A DNA stretch of 63,127 nucleotides, filler included, from Phoronis australis (lineage: Eukaryota > Animalia > Phoronida): the NCBI GenBank assembly GCA_002633005.1. It is 9 parts of 9 records of this genome, joined end to end, with 100 filler letters (N's around TTAATTAATTAA, not from the genome) between each part and the next. Parts side by side here need not be neighbours in the genome. Positions count along the whole stretch, not along the records: positions 23,471 to 43,015 come from NMRA01000039.1; positions 43,116 to 47,489 come from NMRA01002613.1; positions 47,590 to 52,152 come from NMRA01002551.1; 6 more parts are not named here. The stretch is one strand, 5' to 3'. Positions 36,850-49,096 of the stretch are shown piece after piece. The notes below the pieces were generated by a model, which was not told where the DNA came from, ran no database searches, and was given only the letters and a program-made list of their open reading frames with translations. How positions within the stretch are numbered: position 1 is the stretch's first letter; every line of letters starts with the position of its first letter. Made by a program: the position numbers and the translations under genes.

Positions 36850-37600
36850 GGTGGTCGCTCACTTTGATCCCCGCAGATAATAACATTTAGATGATGGTTT
36901 CAGAAGATAACATCTTGTCACAGGTGACACATCGATGCAGAAGTATTATTCAATCCAATCCAGTCCAATCCAATCCAGAACATTGTCATTAGGACGCTGT
37001 CTGTGTCGTTTTTTTCTTGGAAGCTCACTCAGATTACAGCGCCGTCTTTAGCTAATTCAAGATTTTAAACGCCCCTTTAATCCAAGAAACGAACTTTCCA
37101 TTTAGGCCAATTTCAGCCATAAAATTGGTTTCAACGTGTTCCTCACTCAGATGAGACGTCTGGGTCTACAAAGAACTTTCAGCATGCTACTCCTTGAGGT
37201 CATACTCGGAGTCTGATCTAAAACAATACAGAACACTTAAAGGCCTGAAATCACCTCCAATTTGACCGTGGAGCAACTCGAGACCACTTATTTGTCACTT
37301 TCTCCCCCTCTCCCTCCCCTCCCTCTCGCTCTCTCTCTCCCTCCCTCCTTCTCTCTCCCTCCTTCTCTCTCCCTCCTTCCCTCCGAGAGTAGGCTAGCAA
37401 CGATATCATAGTTACACTATACCAAGTTGTTCCATCGAAACAGTGTAAACAGATATCCCAGAGTAGAAAACAGACTCCTGCACCTTCAGAAAAGCAGCCC
37501 AGTCCGCAAAAAAACACGAACCCCGTCCTTTAAACAGGAACCTTGGGGGGATCGAACAGGAAATTAGGACAACTTTTCAAATTTTCTAAGACGATGACAG
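36850..37600 (-). pseudogene. Decayed TLR paralogue R3 (TM and TIR), minus strand
   Basis: GISVY..FRWN vs GVAYRRRWT; EYD....HA vs TYDAFVCHS; HVE..F.(G)LKL...ESSFLG vs AVE..GFGLKLCIYYRDFPLG. Confidence 0.5.
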
Positions 37601-37710
37601 TAGCCTCAAACTTTGTGTTAAACCATCTTCAAGTACTTTCCAGATGTTTTTAACATTTTTTTTTGTTAATTAGAAATTGTCAATAACTTTTTAGTTGTAT
37701 TGTTTTGTTT

Positions 37711-38329
37711 TGTTACTCTGTTTGATAGGCATGACCCATGAGTTAAGTACAGTGATGATGTAATTTGTTTACTACAGTATAGTGTGGAACTTTCAAGAAG
37801 ACTCTAGTATGACTGTGATTAATGCAGTCTGTAATATTCTAGAGACGAGTACATGTTTGTAGAATGATTGGGTAGATTCAGGAAAGTTCCAGAATGTGCT
37901 TGAATTGAGGTTAAGTTCAAGAACAATGCACCAGGCTATAAATACAAAAGCACGGGTTTGTGTTAGTCAGATTAAGTCAGTGAGACCAAGTCAGTTCAAG
38001 AGAAGATCAAGTAAGTTCAAGAAAGTTAATCAGGAGAACTACAGTTGAGTTGCAGTGAAGAGAATCAGCAGTTACAGCGATAGTCAATAGAGAGCCAGCT
38101 ATAGAGACAGCAGGTTATTGAATCGACGAGTGTAACAGTTGCTGAACGTGTCCCAGAAGTTCATCACAAGTCAAGGCTTCGCAGCACTGGCTGGAGCATA
38201 AACCGACATTACGTCGGACGTTTTGTTTGAGTAGGCTTGTGAACGTACGGTCGGGATTAATAAAGGAATAACTCGAACCAGTCTTCAGTCTATCGTCGCA
38301 CCGAAAGCTATTAGCACCGGTCTGTAACA
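37711..38329 (+). mobile_element. Solo LTR-like element, with a related fragment at about 33860-34075
   Basis: TGTTAC...GTAACA termini, TATAAATA near 37937 and AATAAA near 38259. A block GTTTTGTTTGAGT(A/G)GGCTTGT is shared with 34030. No TSD was found. Confidence 0.55.
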
Positions 38330-38389
38330 ACCTGCGCCCACCCACACACGGGGAAAAACGTGACAATAACAAAACGTAACTTGTATTAC

Positions 38390-39600
38390 CGGTGTATTGA
38401 CTTTGTTGTTTGCTTTTCCGGTAAATCTCGTGCAACTTGTCTTAGGGCGAAATTTCAACACAACCTACATGTATATTCTCAGCAAGTTATCTCGTTGAGT
38501 ATTTAGTTAATTTCAGATTATTCAACAGTTTCTCCAATTTTTTTCAAAAACTAAAAACAAAAATACTATTTCGACTTTAGAGTGCCATTGTTAATTAATT
38601 CTCTTTACAATTGGCCGCATTTTAGGGTTCGTGGATTTACTTGTCGAGAGTACATTAGTTCCGGCACAATCAATTTCCGAATTTTGAAATGGACTGCTAG
38701 AATTATTCACTCAAAAACCTGCGCTGTCCAAGGGCGGATCCAGGATTTTGAGTTAGGGGGAGCAGAGTATTAACCCGGATTTGGCCGTTAGACCGGCCAC
38801 GGCCCCTTTGGCCCTCCTCTACATGCGTCACCTATCATTATCGACATCATAAAAATATCAATTAGAGAAAAAACAGATTAATCTCTGTTTATGAAAGGTA
38901 GGATTCGTGAATGGTACGGCTGTCTATGCAGGAGTCACGTGGTCTCATAGAAGCTTCACTTTTGTGCTTCCTCTGTTCTTAGAATGTGAAAGTTAACTTA
39001 TTTCTTAAAAGCTGAATCATTCAAAAACACGTGCTGTACAGGTGATCCATAAAAAATACCAGGTCGGTATTCAGATCGCTTAATTGTTTTGATTAAGCGT
39101 GTTTTCTGAATCTTGCATCAAAAAGTTATTGTTGCAGGGAAACTAAAATCGAGCACAGGGTCGATTCCTGCATATTCCCGAATGGGTTAATTAGTTCTTA
39201 ACAAACGATTTTCGTTACCAATACAGGTTTTATTGAATATTATGAGCGCATTAGTTTACATTCAATAATTATATTTTCATGGCTCCCTTGGCCCCCCTCT
39301 AAATCGACTGCTGTCACCAATTTCGGCGTTCTTTCCTTCAAAAAAGTTTGCTTCAATTCCTCATTGATCATTAAAACGGAATTTGGAATCGGAATTTCTG
39401 AAATCAACTCATTCACACTCTACTTTGATGAGATGAACAGTGTTTAACAGAAAGTGTTGGAGTAGTGTTGCGGTCCCCGGATGTCCTGTGCAATCCCCAG
39501 GGTTCCTGTCTTAAAGGTCTGGGCTCGTGTTTTTGAGCTGGTTAGCTGTTTTGACGGTGCCGGAGTCCGCCTTCGACTTTGGGATATCTGTTTATCACCG
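38390..39600 (+). pseudogene. Decayed TLR paralogue R4 (C-terminal LRRs, LRRCT and TM)
   Basis: FAFPVNLVQL (38409) vs FALPRNLEEL; KNKIL.FDF vs KNKLKILDV; VNLF vs VNTF; CWSSVAV vs CSRKSAV; GISVYHR vs GVAYRRR. Confidence 0.65.
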
Positions 39601-39609
39601 GAGTTTAAA

Positions 39610-39890
39610 TTTCCATGCAGGTATTGGGCTAATACTGGCCCTGAAATGTCTTCTGTATTGGCACAATGATGTAGGCCAGTACTGGCCCAATAACATTCTG
39701 CACACCTTCCCCGTATTGGCCCCGATACAAGATTGCGGTATCGAGCCAGTAAAGGACCAGTACCACGCCATTACTGGGCCAGTACACTAATAACCGGTTT
39801 CGGCCCTGTAAAGTGCCAGTATTGACAGACTAGGTTGGCCCAGTACAGGGCCATTGATGGGCTCCTATTAAGCCAGTACACTACCTGTGA
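39610..39890. mobile_element. MITE-like element built from GGGCC/GGCCC/CCAGTA sub-repeats
   Basis: Dense short direct and inverted sub-repeats. It truncates relic R4. Confidence 0.5.
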
Positions 39891-40099
39891 CCTACAAGAA
39901 GAAAAGACACTTGTTTTTTAATACCTTTATTACTATGAAACTGCTCAGGTAAAATACTTACTGTCAGAATAAATATTGATTAAGTAATTAGTAAGAATAG
40001 ATCCATTTTAAGTTGCCCAAAATTTGTGCATATGTACTTTTAAATCATGTGGTCAAACTTGTTGACATGTATTTTAACGTCAAAATCTATTTTTAGATG

Positions 40100-40830
40100 G
40101 TGTTTACAACTTTGGGTTCTGGGGTCAAAGTACTCTACAGATTCTAGAATATTCTGAGAACAAATTGTAACAGCCAATAATACGAGTGGATATGATCATG
40201 TGGTTTTTATTAGCCAATCACTAAATAAGTAGAATGTTATATTATGGGCTGAAATCAAGAAGATAATGAAATGCGCTAAAGTAGTTGAAGCATAGAGACT
40301 TGCTACAGTGTACAGAAGCAATTGTACGACAGAGCCATCTCGTGGAAGATTCTAGAAAGGATCTTGTCAAGGGCAAGGGTTAACGAACCGGAAGTTAACT
40401 AAGAGCTTGTCACTTGCATTGTGGGTAGTAAGATACTACCTTAAGTGTTGCGTCATCAGCCACAGACTGTGACCAGCAAGAAGATTCGCGAGTAGAAGAA
40501 ATTGCCTGCAAGTGTTGCATCACCAAAGACCGTGACCAGCAAGTACACTGTCGCTATAGAGTGTGTGTAGTTCGAAGATTCGCCAACAGGACAGACATCC
40601 AACAAGTTGAGAGTCCTAGCTTGGGTAGCAGATAAGACATTTGATCGTTTGGTTGTTTGATTAAAGTAATCTTTAAAGAGGGCGCTAGCATAGTTTCTCT
40701 TTGTAGTTGATTACTTAATTAACAATAGGTTTCATTTGTCTAATTAGGGGTTATCATATAATAAATTAATTACTGGATTTGATTATTCACTCTCCATCTA
40801 CGCACAACTTCAAAGCATAGCTACCTTTTA
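40100..40830 (+). mobile_element. Second solo-LTR-like element
   Basis: TCTAGAA motifs, CCAAT boxes, internal direct repeat GTGTTGC.TCA...GTGACCAGCAAG and AATAAA near 40760. Ends are not resolved. Confidence 0.4.
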
Positions 40831-41201
40831 AACAAACTCACAGTCAATCGTCTGACACTGACAACAAATTATGAGTTATACAAATAACAACTAAGAAACT
40901 AATTATTTTTAACAAAGCTGTCTCGGGCTTATTAGTGGACTGGCAGCTTCACACAGTCTTCACCCTCCCAACTCGAACAAATACTCCCGTTATGAAACTT
41001 TTTCTTCGAGCAGTCCCTATTTCAGTTCCCAAAATCGTTGAACTCAAAATTTTCACTCGGCGCACGCCAAAAGATTCTTTTAACCAGGCCGAAGGTCAGA
41101 AGTTGCGGTCCTACCGGCGAACTTTGAAAGCTGAAGTTCCCGCCCTTTGCGTTAGTGCTGCCGGGAACCAGCCGTACATTTGCTGTGTTGTTAAACATTA
41201 A

Positions 41202-42164
41202 AGTGTACACAACATGACTCTAGTACCTCAAAATAAATTTTATTATTATATCTTACTTGATTTCAGTGCCTTTAGTGCACAGCTCATAAAGAAACACGCA
41301 AAAATTGAAAAAAATAATAATTATGTACAACGTCATGGGTTGAACCCAAGTCGTTCGCCATACCGTTCGGATCAGAGACAAAGTGTATAGAGTGAAGAGA
41401 ATGCAAAGTACATTTAGCGTCGAGAAGGTTCGTAGAGGGATCAAAAGATGTGTTTCCGGAGGCTGCAGCAACAGCAGCCAGGCGGAAAACGTCTCGGTGT
41501 TCCGAAGGACACCAAAGTTGCGCAGAAGTGGCATGACTTCGTGCGCCGAACGAGAGTGTGGGACGTCATCGTGGACCAAGCGATTCGGTCCGGGGCCACT
41601 CTGTGTTCTGCCCACTTTGAGGACTCGTGTTTCGACTCCAGTCACAGGAGACGTTACGATGAAGGCCTGGTTCAATAAAGGACAATATTTATCATTCAGA
41701 AACATCAGCTCTTAATTCAGGATCGTCTGTTGGATGACTGGGTTGACTCGCCGAGCCCGAGGCCGCTTCTCTCGCGGGAGGATCCAGTTCATAAGGCTCA
41801 AAGTAGAAAAGTACGCAGCCGGAAGCACATCAAACTTGTTCTCGCTTTCGTGCAACCCCATTTCCTCATCCTGGCCACCATTCCCATACGTTTCTTCATA
41901 GTATTCGTTCAATTCTTGCTCTTAATCATCGTCACTTTCAAATTCCCTGGTCTCCGCCATTGTTCAATGCTAGTCACTGATCTCTTGTGTTCAACCCATG
42001 ACGTCACATGGCGGGAAATGTGAAAATTGGCAAAATTGAAAGAAAAATCAAAATTTTGAGCTAATTACACAAAATAAACATGGGTTTAGCTAAATTTTAC
42101 GTCATACATTTAGTCTGTGGCCACCGGTAATTCAAAATGTGCAAAAATCCATGGTGTGTACTGT
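41202..42164 (+). mobile_element. Second, diverged Kolobok-like element with frameshifted THAP and convergent PYELDP ORF remnant
   Basis: 15-bp TIR with 3 mismatches and TTAA both sides. Plus strand KRCVSGGCSN...VSVF/PKDTKVAQKWHDFVRRTRVW...LCSAHFEDSCF. Minus strand ESENKFD.../FEPYELDPPAR. Confidence 0.8.
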
Positions 42165-44389
42165 TTAAAATGTCAAATATGTGCACAAAGACTATTAAAT
42201 GTCATATCAACAGCATTTATTTTTATCAAATACAAACAATAATTCATTGAAATACATCAGTTTCAAGTAACGCCAATTAAAGACAAGTGTAAATGGTGGC
42301 ATTTTGGAAACTAACATTTGACTGACAAGACCGCAATGGCTCACCTTTGGCCTATTTAAAGATTGAAGTCATGAAATCACATCACCTAGCGAGCGCGGTA
42401 AAAATTGAAGCGAGCGCAGTATAAAAATTTTGAGTTCATGATTGTGGGAACTGAAATAGGGACTGCTCGAAGAAAAAGTTTGATAACGGGAGTATTTGTT
42501 CGAGTTGGAAGGAATTAAACATATCGACAACCTCCTAAGGTGTTCCTCTATGCGCAAAAGGTATTCATAACAATGTGACTTTGATGGTTTAGTCGGTGCG
42601 AGGCATAATTCGCCGAAAAGCTTCCGGCGTACAGAGCGCCTATAGGAGCTGCATCGCCTCTGGTTCGGGCCAACAGAGGCGATGGTCATTGCCTAATTCA
42701 GAGGCTGATGACGCCTGTGGTTTTACTCAGACGTCCTCAGCTTCTGATCGTACCCAATACACTATACATATATACCACACAGTATGACACTCAGGACTAA
42801 AAATTTCATGTGTGCTTCACTGGGTCACTACAGCCGTCCATATCAAATGCGAAACTCAATAAATTTACACAAAACAAGGGTTTGGCAAACCATGAGCGAT
42901 TCAGAGGTGTCCTCATCCTCTGTATATAATACTACAAGGTATGACCAAGGAGTGTAGTAGTATAGGAGAGTTCACTTGTGAGTTCGCTGTTACCGCTACT
43001 ACTAGCGCCGCCAAGNNNNNNNNNNNNNNNNNNNNNNNNNNNNNNNNNNNNNNNNNNNNTTAATTAATTAANNNNNNNNNNNNNNNNNNNNNNNNNNNNN
43101 NNNNNNNNNNNNNNNGTCAGACGTTTGCACTTCCAAACTGCCAAATAGAATTTCAGGGGTACATGGACCCCTTGACCGCCCTCTAGATCCGCCACTGTAA
43201 CGACGCTGTTGTATCCCGGCTGGCCGACCAGTCAATCAGATTACTCATTCCAAACCGCGGGTACGTAACGAACGGATAAAGAATAAATTGAATAGCACTA
43301 GCAATAGACTCAACACCGTCTTAGAATAGCAGAATAGACACGATAGATACAGTATAACAGCAAGAAGAGCGTGCTTTTAACAACAATTCTCGCTGTTCAG
43401 TCAAAGTGACACCTGATAGGGAGTATGTAAGCAGAGACAGCAAGATAGGAAGAGTGCCGTCTTAGAACAACAGAATAGCACCACGGATTGATTAGACATA
43501 GGCAGCAGGAGTCTGAGCTCCACCTAGTGATTTAAAATCCCAAGTAAGACTCGTCAAGCCGCTCATTGTAGACCTTATGTAATTATATTGTTATTCTATA
43601 TGTTGAAACTCTATTCTGAGACGTAGTATTCTGCGCCATGCTCACGTGACCTTGTGTCGTCAATCTGTGTGAGATGGGCGTTACCTTGAGCTCAGATCTC
43701 TATTTAGTGATTTGGCCTGTCGCGAATTACACTCACACACACACATCGCCTAGCGTCTCTAGCGTCTCTTTTGGCACAAGTCGTCTTTTAACATGTCAAC
43801 CGGCAACGATGAATCACTGGTGAGCATAAGCGTATTAATTGTTACTGATGCACTCTTTGTGCATGGTGGAATATGAGTCAAATGCATATGGCATTTTTTG
43901 CGTGTGAGTTGTGGCAAGCAAGGAACTTTCTGTCATTTGGTCATTTTCCGTCTAATAACTAAAATTCTAGTCTATGTATCAAAAAACCCTGGCACGCGAT
44001 TTTATTTCAGTTCTAGAGGATGTCAAAGTTGCAAAATTCGTAAAAATTGACCCATGTGTTGCGGAAAAGTAGGCCTGAGAAACTTGTCACTACCCTGAAA
44101 TCACGAGCCAAGAAAACGGCTTTGAAGTTAAGCGGGCATCGATTGCCACTTGAAGTTAAAAATTTGTTGAGAATGCGCAGTCATTATGTTCTAATTTTTG
44201 TGAATGTGCTAGAAATAAAGCTGATATTTACTTCATGTTTAGAAAATGCGAAATACCTGTTTTTTACAACGTAATTTTAATCATTTTGCGAACTTGTGAA
44301 GCACAACAGACAATTACAGCAAATATGGCTGGGTTGATCTATTTATTGTCTGCTGTACTGGTGTGCCGACCACACATCATTAAATCCAT

Positions 44390-45730
44390 GTGTTGATTGT
44401 TTACGCGACTCATCTATGATGTCTGCAAAGGTCTTCAGTACTTGGTCGTGACGCTGTCTGTATCGGCCCTGCTGCAGTGCCCTCTTGCACCCTGATAAGA
44501 TGTGCGCCAATGTACCTCTTCCTCTACACAACTGGCTGGCTGGGTCATCCACTACGCCCCAGCGAAGAAAGTTTGCAGGCGATGGTAACACGTCGTAAAC
44601 CGAGCGAAGTAAAAACTGGACACGCATTGGCTCCATACTCCAAACGTCTGCCCACGATATCTTCCTCTCTGGAAGATTCCACATGGTCCATGCTCCCTGC
44701 TGGCTTAGTTGGACTGCCTTGGCTTTACGGGCTTCCTCCTCTGCTGCTCTCACCTCAGCTTGGACCATCTCCCTCCGCTGCCTCTCAATCGCTTTCTCCC
44801 ACTGTTGGAACTGGGGTGTCCCCAACCCCTGGCGTCCTACGCAGGTGCTACCAATTATAGCTCTGATTTGTAACAAACTCTTCGCCTTACTCACCGATGT
44901 GTCTGCTGACCCCCCGTCTCCCTAATCTCGTCACGACACCAGCATCCCTAACATTTGGATCTCTAGAGTCGCGTAATTTGAGAACCAGCCTCCACTTCCC
45001 TACTTTAATTAAACTCCTCCGTGATTGACGCTAGAGGAAGCAGAAGCTCTGCTGTTCTGCAATAAAGACCAACCTGTGTGAAGCTTCTTGGGACTCCCAA
45101 CCACTTCCTCAGCCACTTGCTTACTGTTCTCTCCAGGCACTCTACTGCCGATATCGGGATGTCATACAGCATAAGACCCCACGTTGCTCGAAGTAACAGC
45201 CCGTGCTGGTAAATCCATGCCTTGTACTTGCCAGGGAGATACCTTTTTTCTATTCTCTTCAACCACTCCGTTACCTAGGTCTCCATCTGCTTGATGTTGT
45301 TCTTGTCGCACAGGAGATCATCGTACCACTTACCTAGGCACTTGATGGGGTTGTTAACAATTGATGGAATTTCTTCTCCTTGAATGGTCAAGGTAAATCT
45401 GTTGACCATTTTCTCACTTCTCATTATCAGAAGTCTCGACTTCCTGGGTTTAAACTTCATACGAGCCCACGTTGCAACTTCATCTAGTGCTGCCAAAACC
45501 CACCGAGCTTGCACATGCGTCACCGTAGTTATTGCCAAGTCATCCATAAATGCTCTAATTACAGGCACCACGATGCTGGACTGTAGCCTCGGACCCCTAC
45601 ATTCCCTTTCTCCGGCCTTTATCAGAAAATTTAACCCCATGATGAACAGAGTAGGAGAGATGGTACATCCAGTTGTTATACCTCTTTCCAGCTTGATTCA
45701 TTCTGTAGTGATGGCACCTACAGTTAACCT
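44390..45730 (-). mobile_element. Truncated, decayed non-LTR retrotransposon of the RLE (R2) group, Hero-like: RT domains 4-7, thumb and CCHC knuckle
   Basis: GCTISPTLF, RAFMDDL, WARMKFKPRKSR, CLGKWY, LPGKYKAWIYQHG, LLRSVYDVLPSPAN and LAHILSGC..ALQQGRY..RHDQVL. Confidence 0.9.
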
Positions 45731-45759
45731 CGAAAATAATCTGTTAACATGCGACTCAC

Positions 45760-46010
45760 CCACTCTCATTGAACGCAAATTTTAAAGCACGGAGTTGTAT
45801 CTTTTCCATTTTTCTTACTTTTATGCATTCCACACAGGTGCCAAACAAGGGGGCAGTGGCTAACATAAGACCTGATAAATGCGTAATATAACGTACATGT
45901 AAGCTTACCTTTGGTACCTAAAACATTACGAAGACGGAACAAGGCATTCATTTGTCTAGAAGCTTGTAGCAGATAACGTCAGCGTGCTCATGGAGTTTTA
46001 AATGGCGGTC
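45760..46010 (-). mobile_element. CR1/L2-group LINE RT C-terminal fragment
   Basis: ASRQMNALFRL...LYYAFIRS..SHCPLVWHLCG.../MEKIQLRALKF. Confidence 0.8.
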
Positions 46011-46164
46011 AAGTCGGACACCCAGCATTTTTAACAACAGACTCTTCACAAACAATCTTAGTATCGCCAGACTTGACATAACTGTCATTATACCTCAATA
46101 TTAGCGTCAAATGGCAGATACAACCATGTAATAACCCATAACGTTTTCTCACTAGTGAGATAAC

Positions 46165-46250
46165 GATTTGGCGGGGAACCGAGGACGGAGTCGAACCCGG
46201 GACCCTCGAATTGCTGGTCGCCGACTTTACCACTACACAATGCAGCGACT
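46165..46250 (-). mobile_element. tRNA-derived SINE head
   Basis: A-box-like TTGTGTAGTGGT and B-box GGGTTCGACTCC at tRNA-like spacing. Confidence 0.65.
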
Positions 46251-47312
46251 GACGTCATCAAGAGTGAAAACAGAATACTTAAATGCCGAGCACGCGCAAT
46301 AATCCCATGTTCAACAAACCGCATTGTACTGTACTTACACGCTACGAAAAACAATAATAATTTCCATAAAAATGATATCTTAATTCAGTGAAAATTTTCT
46401 GTCATGTCCTCTTACTTGTAAATCACCGATCTCCAGTTTGAATGCGGGTATCGTGTCGTCAGGATCTTTAACTTGAGAATTATATTCAGTTACCAGTGAT
46501 AACCTACTTTAGCAGACGATAATTTCCCGGTCGAAGCTTAGCGTGAAAAAACGTGTTTTAATCTATAATAGTTGGTAAACCTTAATTTATGAATTCAATT
46601 TATTTCTATTATATTTAAGTTTTCAATTGGTTTTGAGTAAAAGCATTATTTGACAAAAATAGCCCGGCTTTTCTTAAAAGGTCACGGTCTCCGACCCCGG
46701 GCCTATGAAATAGAAAGTAGTTACAAAGCCGTGGAGAGTCAGAAAAGGTTAATCGATTCATTGCAATGTTTCTCGTTTAGTATGTGGTATAAATAGAATA
46801 TTTGACCAGTCGAGACAATTTTCACTCTCATCTTTTTATGACTGAGATAAGACATTATGAGGTTACATGTATTCAATGTGCAACCATACAAATGTAGGTA
46901 TTTAGTAGCGCCGTCTGAACATTCCCTTAATATTGATGGCCCTTCTAATTTCACCTTTCACATAAGGGACGGGGTTTCCTTAGGACCTTAGTCCTTATTG
47001 GAACATGGAAGCGAATTACCCCACTAAGGAGCTCATTATGAACCCATAAAACATTATCGGCATCATCAAAAATGTTATAAATGTTAGGTCAAGGTCCCTA
47101 TTGTAGTCGATTATAGAGAATGAATTCATGGAGCGGTAAAAAAAAAGTTTTTGGTTTGATATTTCGAAATTTGGACAATACCACCAACATAACAAAAATT
47201 ACTTACACCCGAACTATCATTTAGGATTCGAACTAGTCTTCCAGGTCTGTTAATTTGAAACACGTAGGCTCTTTTACGACACTTTTTAGATCACAGACGT
47301 GCATGAAGTGAT

Positions 47313-47489
47313 GAAGTGTATTATTTACAAAGCATGCTTACATTCATATCGCCCAGTAGAAGTGTGTTATTTACAAAGCATGCTTACATTTATATCGCCC
47401 AGTAGAAGTGTATTATTTACAAAGCATGCTTACATTCATATCGCCCAGTAGAAGTGTATTATTTACAAAGCAAGCTTACATTCATATCG
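47313..47489. repeat. 46-bp minisatellite, at least 3.8 copies, running into a gap
   Basis: GAAGTGTATTATTTACAAAGCATGCTTACATTCATATCGCCCAGTA at 47313, 47359, 47405 and 47451. Confidence 0.95.
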
Positions 47490-47589
47490 NNNNNNNNNNN
47501 NNNNNNNNNNNNNNNNNNNNNNNNNNNNNNNNNTTAATTAATTAANNNNNNNNNNNNNNNNNNNNNNNNNNNNNNNNNNNNNNNNNNNN

Positions 47590-48515
47590 GTTTTATGTCA
47601 AGACCCGCCACCCATATCAGGTATACTGTTACACGACAAGTAATAGTTTTGTCCTCTTGTACGATAACTTCCGTCATCAGCGAGTGTTTACCAGGAGCCG
47701 TACGCCACTAGCATCACCTTGTAACGGGTCTTTTCTGACACGTGACGAGTTATTTAACACACTGACTGTCAGTGATGCTGTCGATGTTCTTAAAAGAACC
47801 AATCAGTGTTAAGGTTGTACAATGTGTTGACCAAACCAATGGGATCGTCATGTTTTGACGTGACTGACAGTTACAAAGACTGAGCATTTGACACAAAGAA
47901 AAAATATAAAAATGGCCAGCACTGCCTCACACAAAAACTACCTACACAATGTCCTGTCTCCACTGAGCAAAACTAGTACATCTTCCCTGATTAAGCAAAC
48001 AGAAGCTACAAGGACTCAACAACTGTTGGCACAGCACTGAGAAAATCATCCAAGGTCACAGACATCAAGTCCTCGTCACTCACAGCGTTGGCCTCGTTTA
48101 TTTGGATAAACAATCTTTTGCTTATAACATTTTTGACTGTACACGCGACTCTAACGCAGAAGCCACCGTTGCACTTTTGCAGGGTGCTACACTCCTTAGA
48201 TGTAAACTTGTCCCTTGTTGGTCAAATGCAAAGTGGAAGGCTTAGGCTAGTCAGATGTCGGGTGAGTTGGGACCGTAAACTGACTGACATCGAAGCATAC
48301 ATCATTGCTGACCAAACCACAACGTCTTGTTGGTCGCACAGTATTGAGGCGGTAATTTGACACACTTGGGAAGTACCTTTCGAGTCAAGTCCGACGCGCT
48401 TCGATGATTCGTAACGTGTCAGAAAAGACCCGTCAAGGTGACGCTAGGGGCGTTCCATATATCGGCTTTCATTCACGCCGCCCAAACGTCACAAGTATCT
48501 ATTCCTGACATAAAC
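47590..48515. mobile_element. Fold-back non-autonomous DNA transposon
   Basis: Terminal TTTATGTCA(A/G)G inverted pair and internal inverted pair at about 47715-47750 / 48406-48441. Confidence 0.65.
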
Positions 48516-49096
48516 AGTTACAAGCTGCAGAAACAATGAGCCTTTGACTATAGTAAACAAATTTACTCATTATTAAATTTATAACCAGAGGTAATGAAAT
48601 TAGAGGCCAGAAGCATCTGTGATCGCAATTACCGGTATTAAATCTATACCCTAGGCAAATGGAGTCATCGGACTGTGAGAGTAAAATTGCTCGAGGTCAA
48701 AGAATGAGAGCAACATTCCTCTCTCTGAGTTCGTTAATTTCCAATGAACAAATGTAAATATTCTTGAAACGCAGGCCGTGATTTGTTCCCGCCACTCAAT
48801 TCAGCTGGGCTCACGTTTTTTAAGGAATTTCTTCCTAGGACTCCGTCTGACTGTTTGACTGGCAAATGTGAACTAGTCTCTTGTCTGTGGTATTGCTGTC
48901 TTTTTCTTATCTGCAAGCCTCGGCAAATATAGAATTATTAAAACACCCCGTGGATCACTTGGATCCTACAGTGATCGTTACTACGACTCACATCAATGGC
49001 GAATTTTTAAAGTTTTATCAGCTTTAGAGGCTCTTGTCAGGAGGAAGAATTGTCTTACGTAGTCTCTAGAACTCTATCGATTTCACTCCAACGTCA

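Larger units (their letters stand above)
42330..47290 (+). pseudogene. Fragmented decayed TLR paralogue R5, split by a gap, LINEs and a SINE (may be more than one copy)
   Basis: KELNIS/DNLL vs EVLNVSDNRI; LN/FSENFLS vs LDLSRNFLT; NRF/HCN (LRRCT-like); IPLILMALLI (TM-like); IRTSLPGLLI vs YRDFPLGLPI. Confidence 0.45.
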
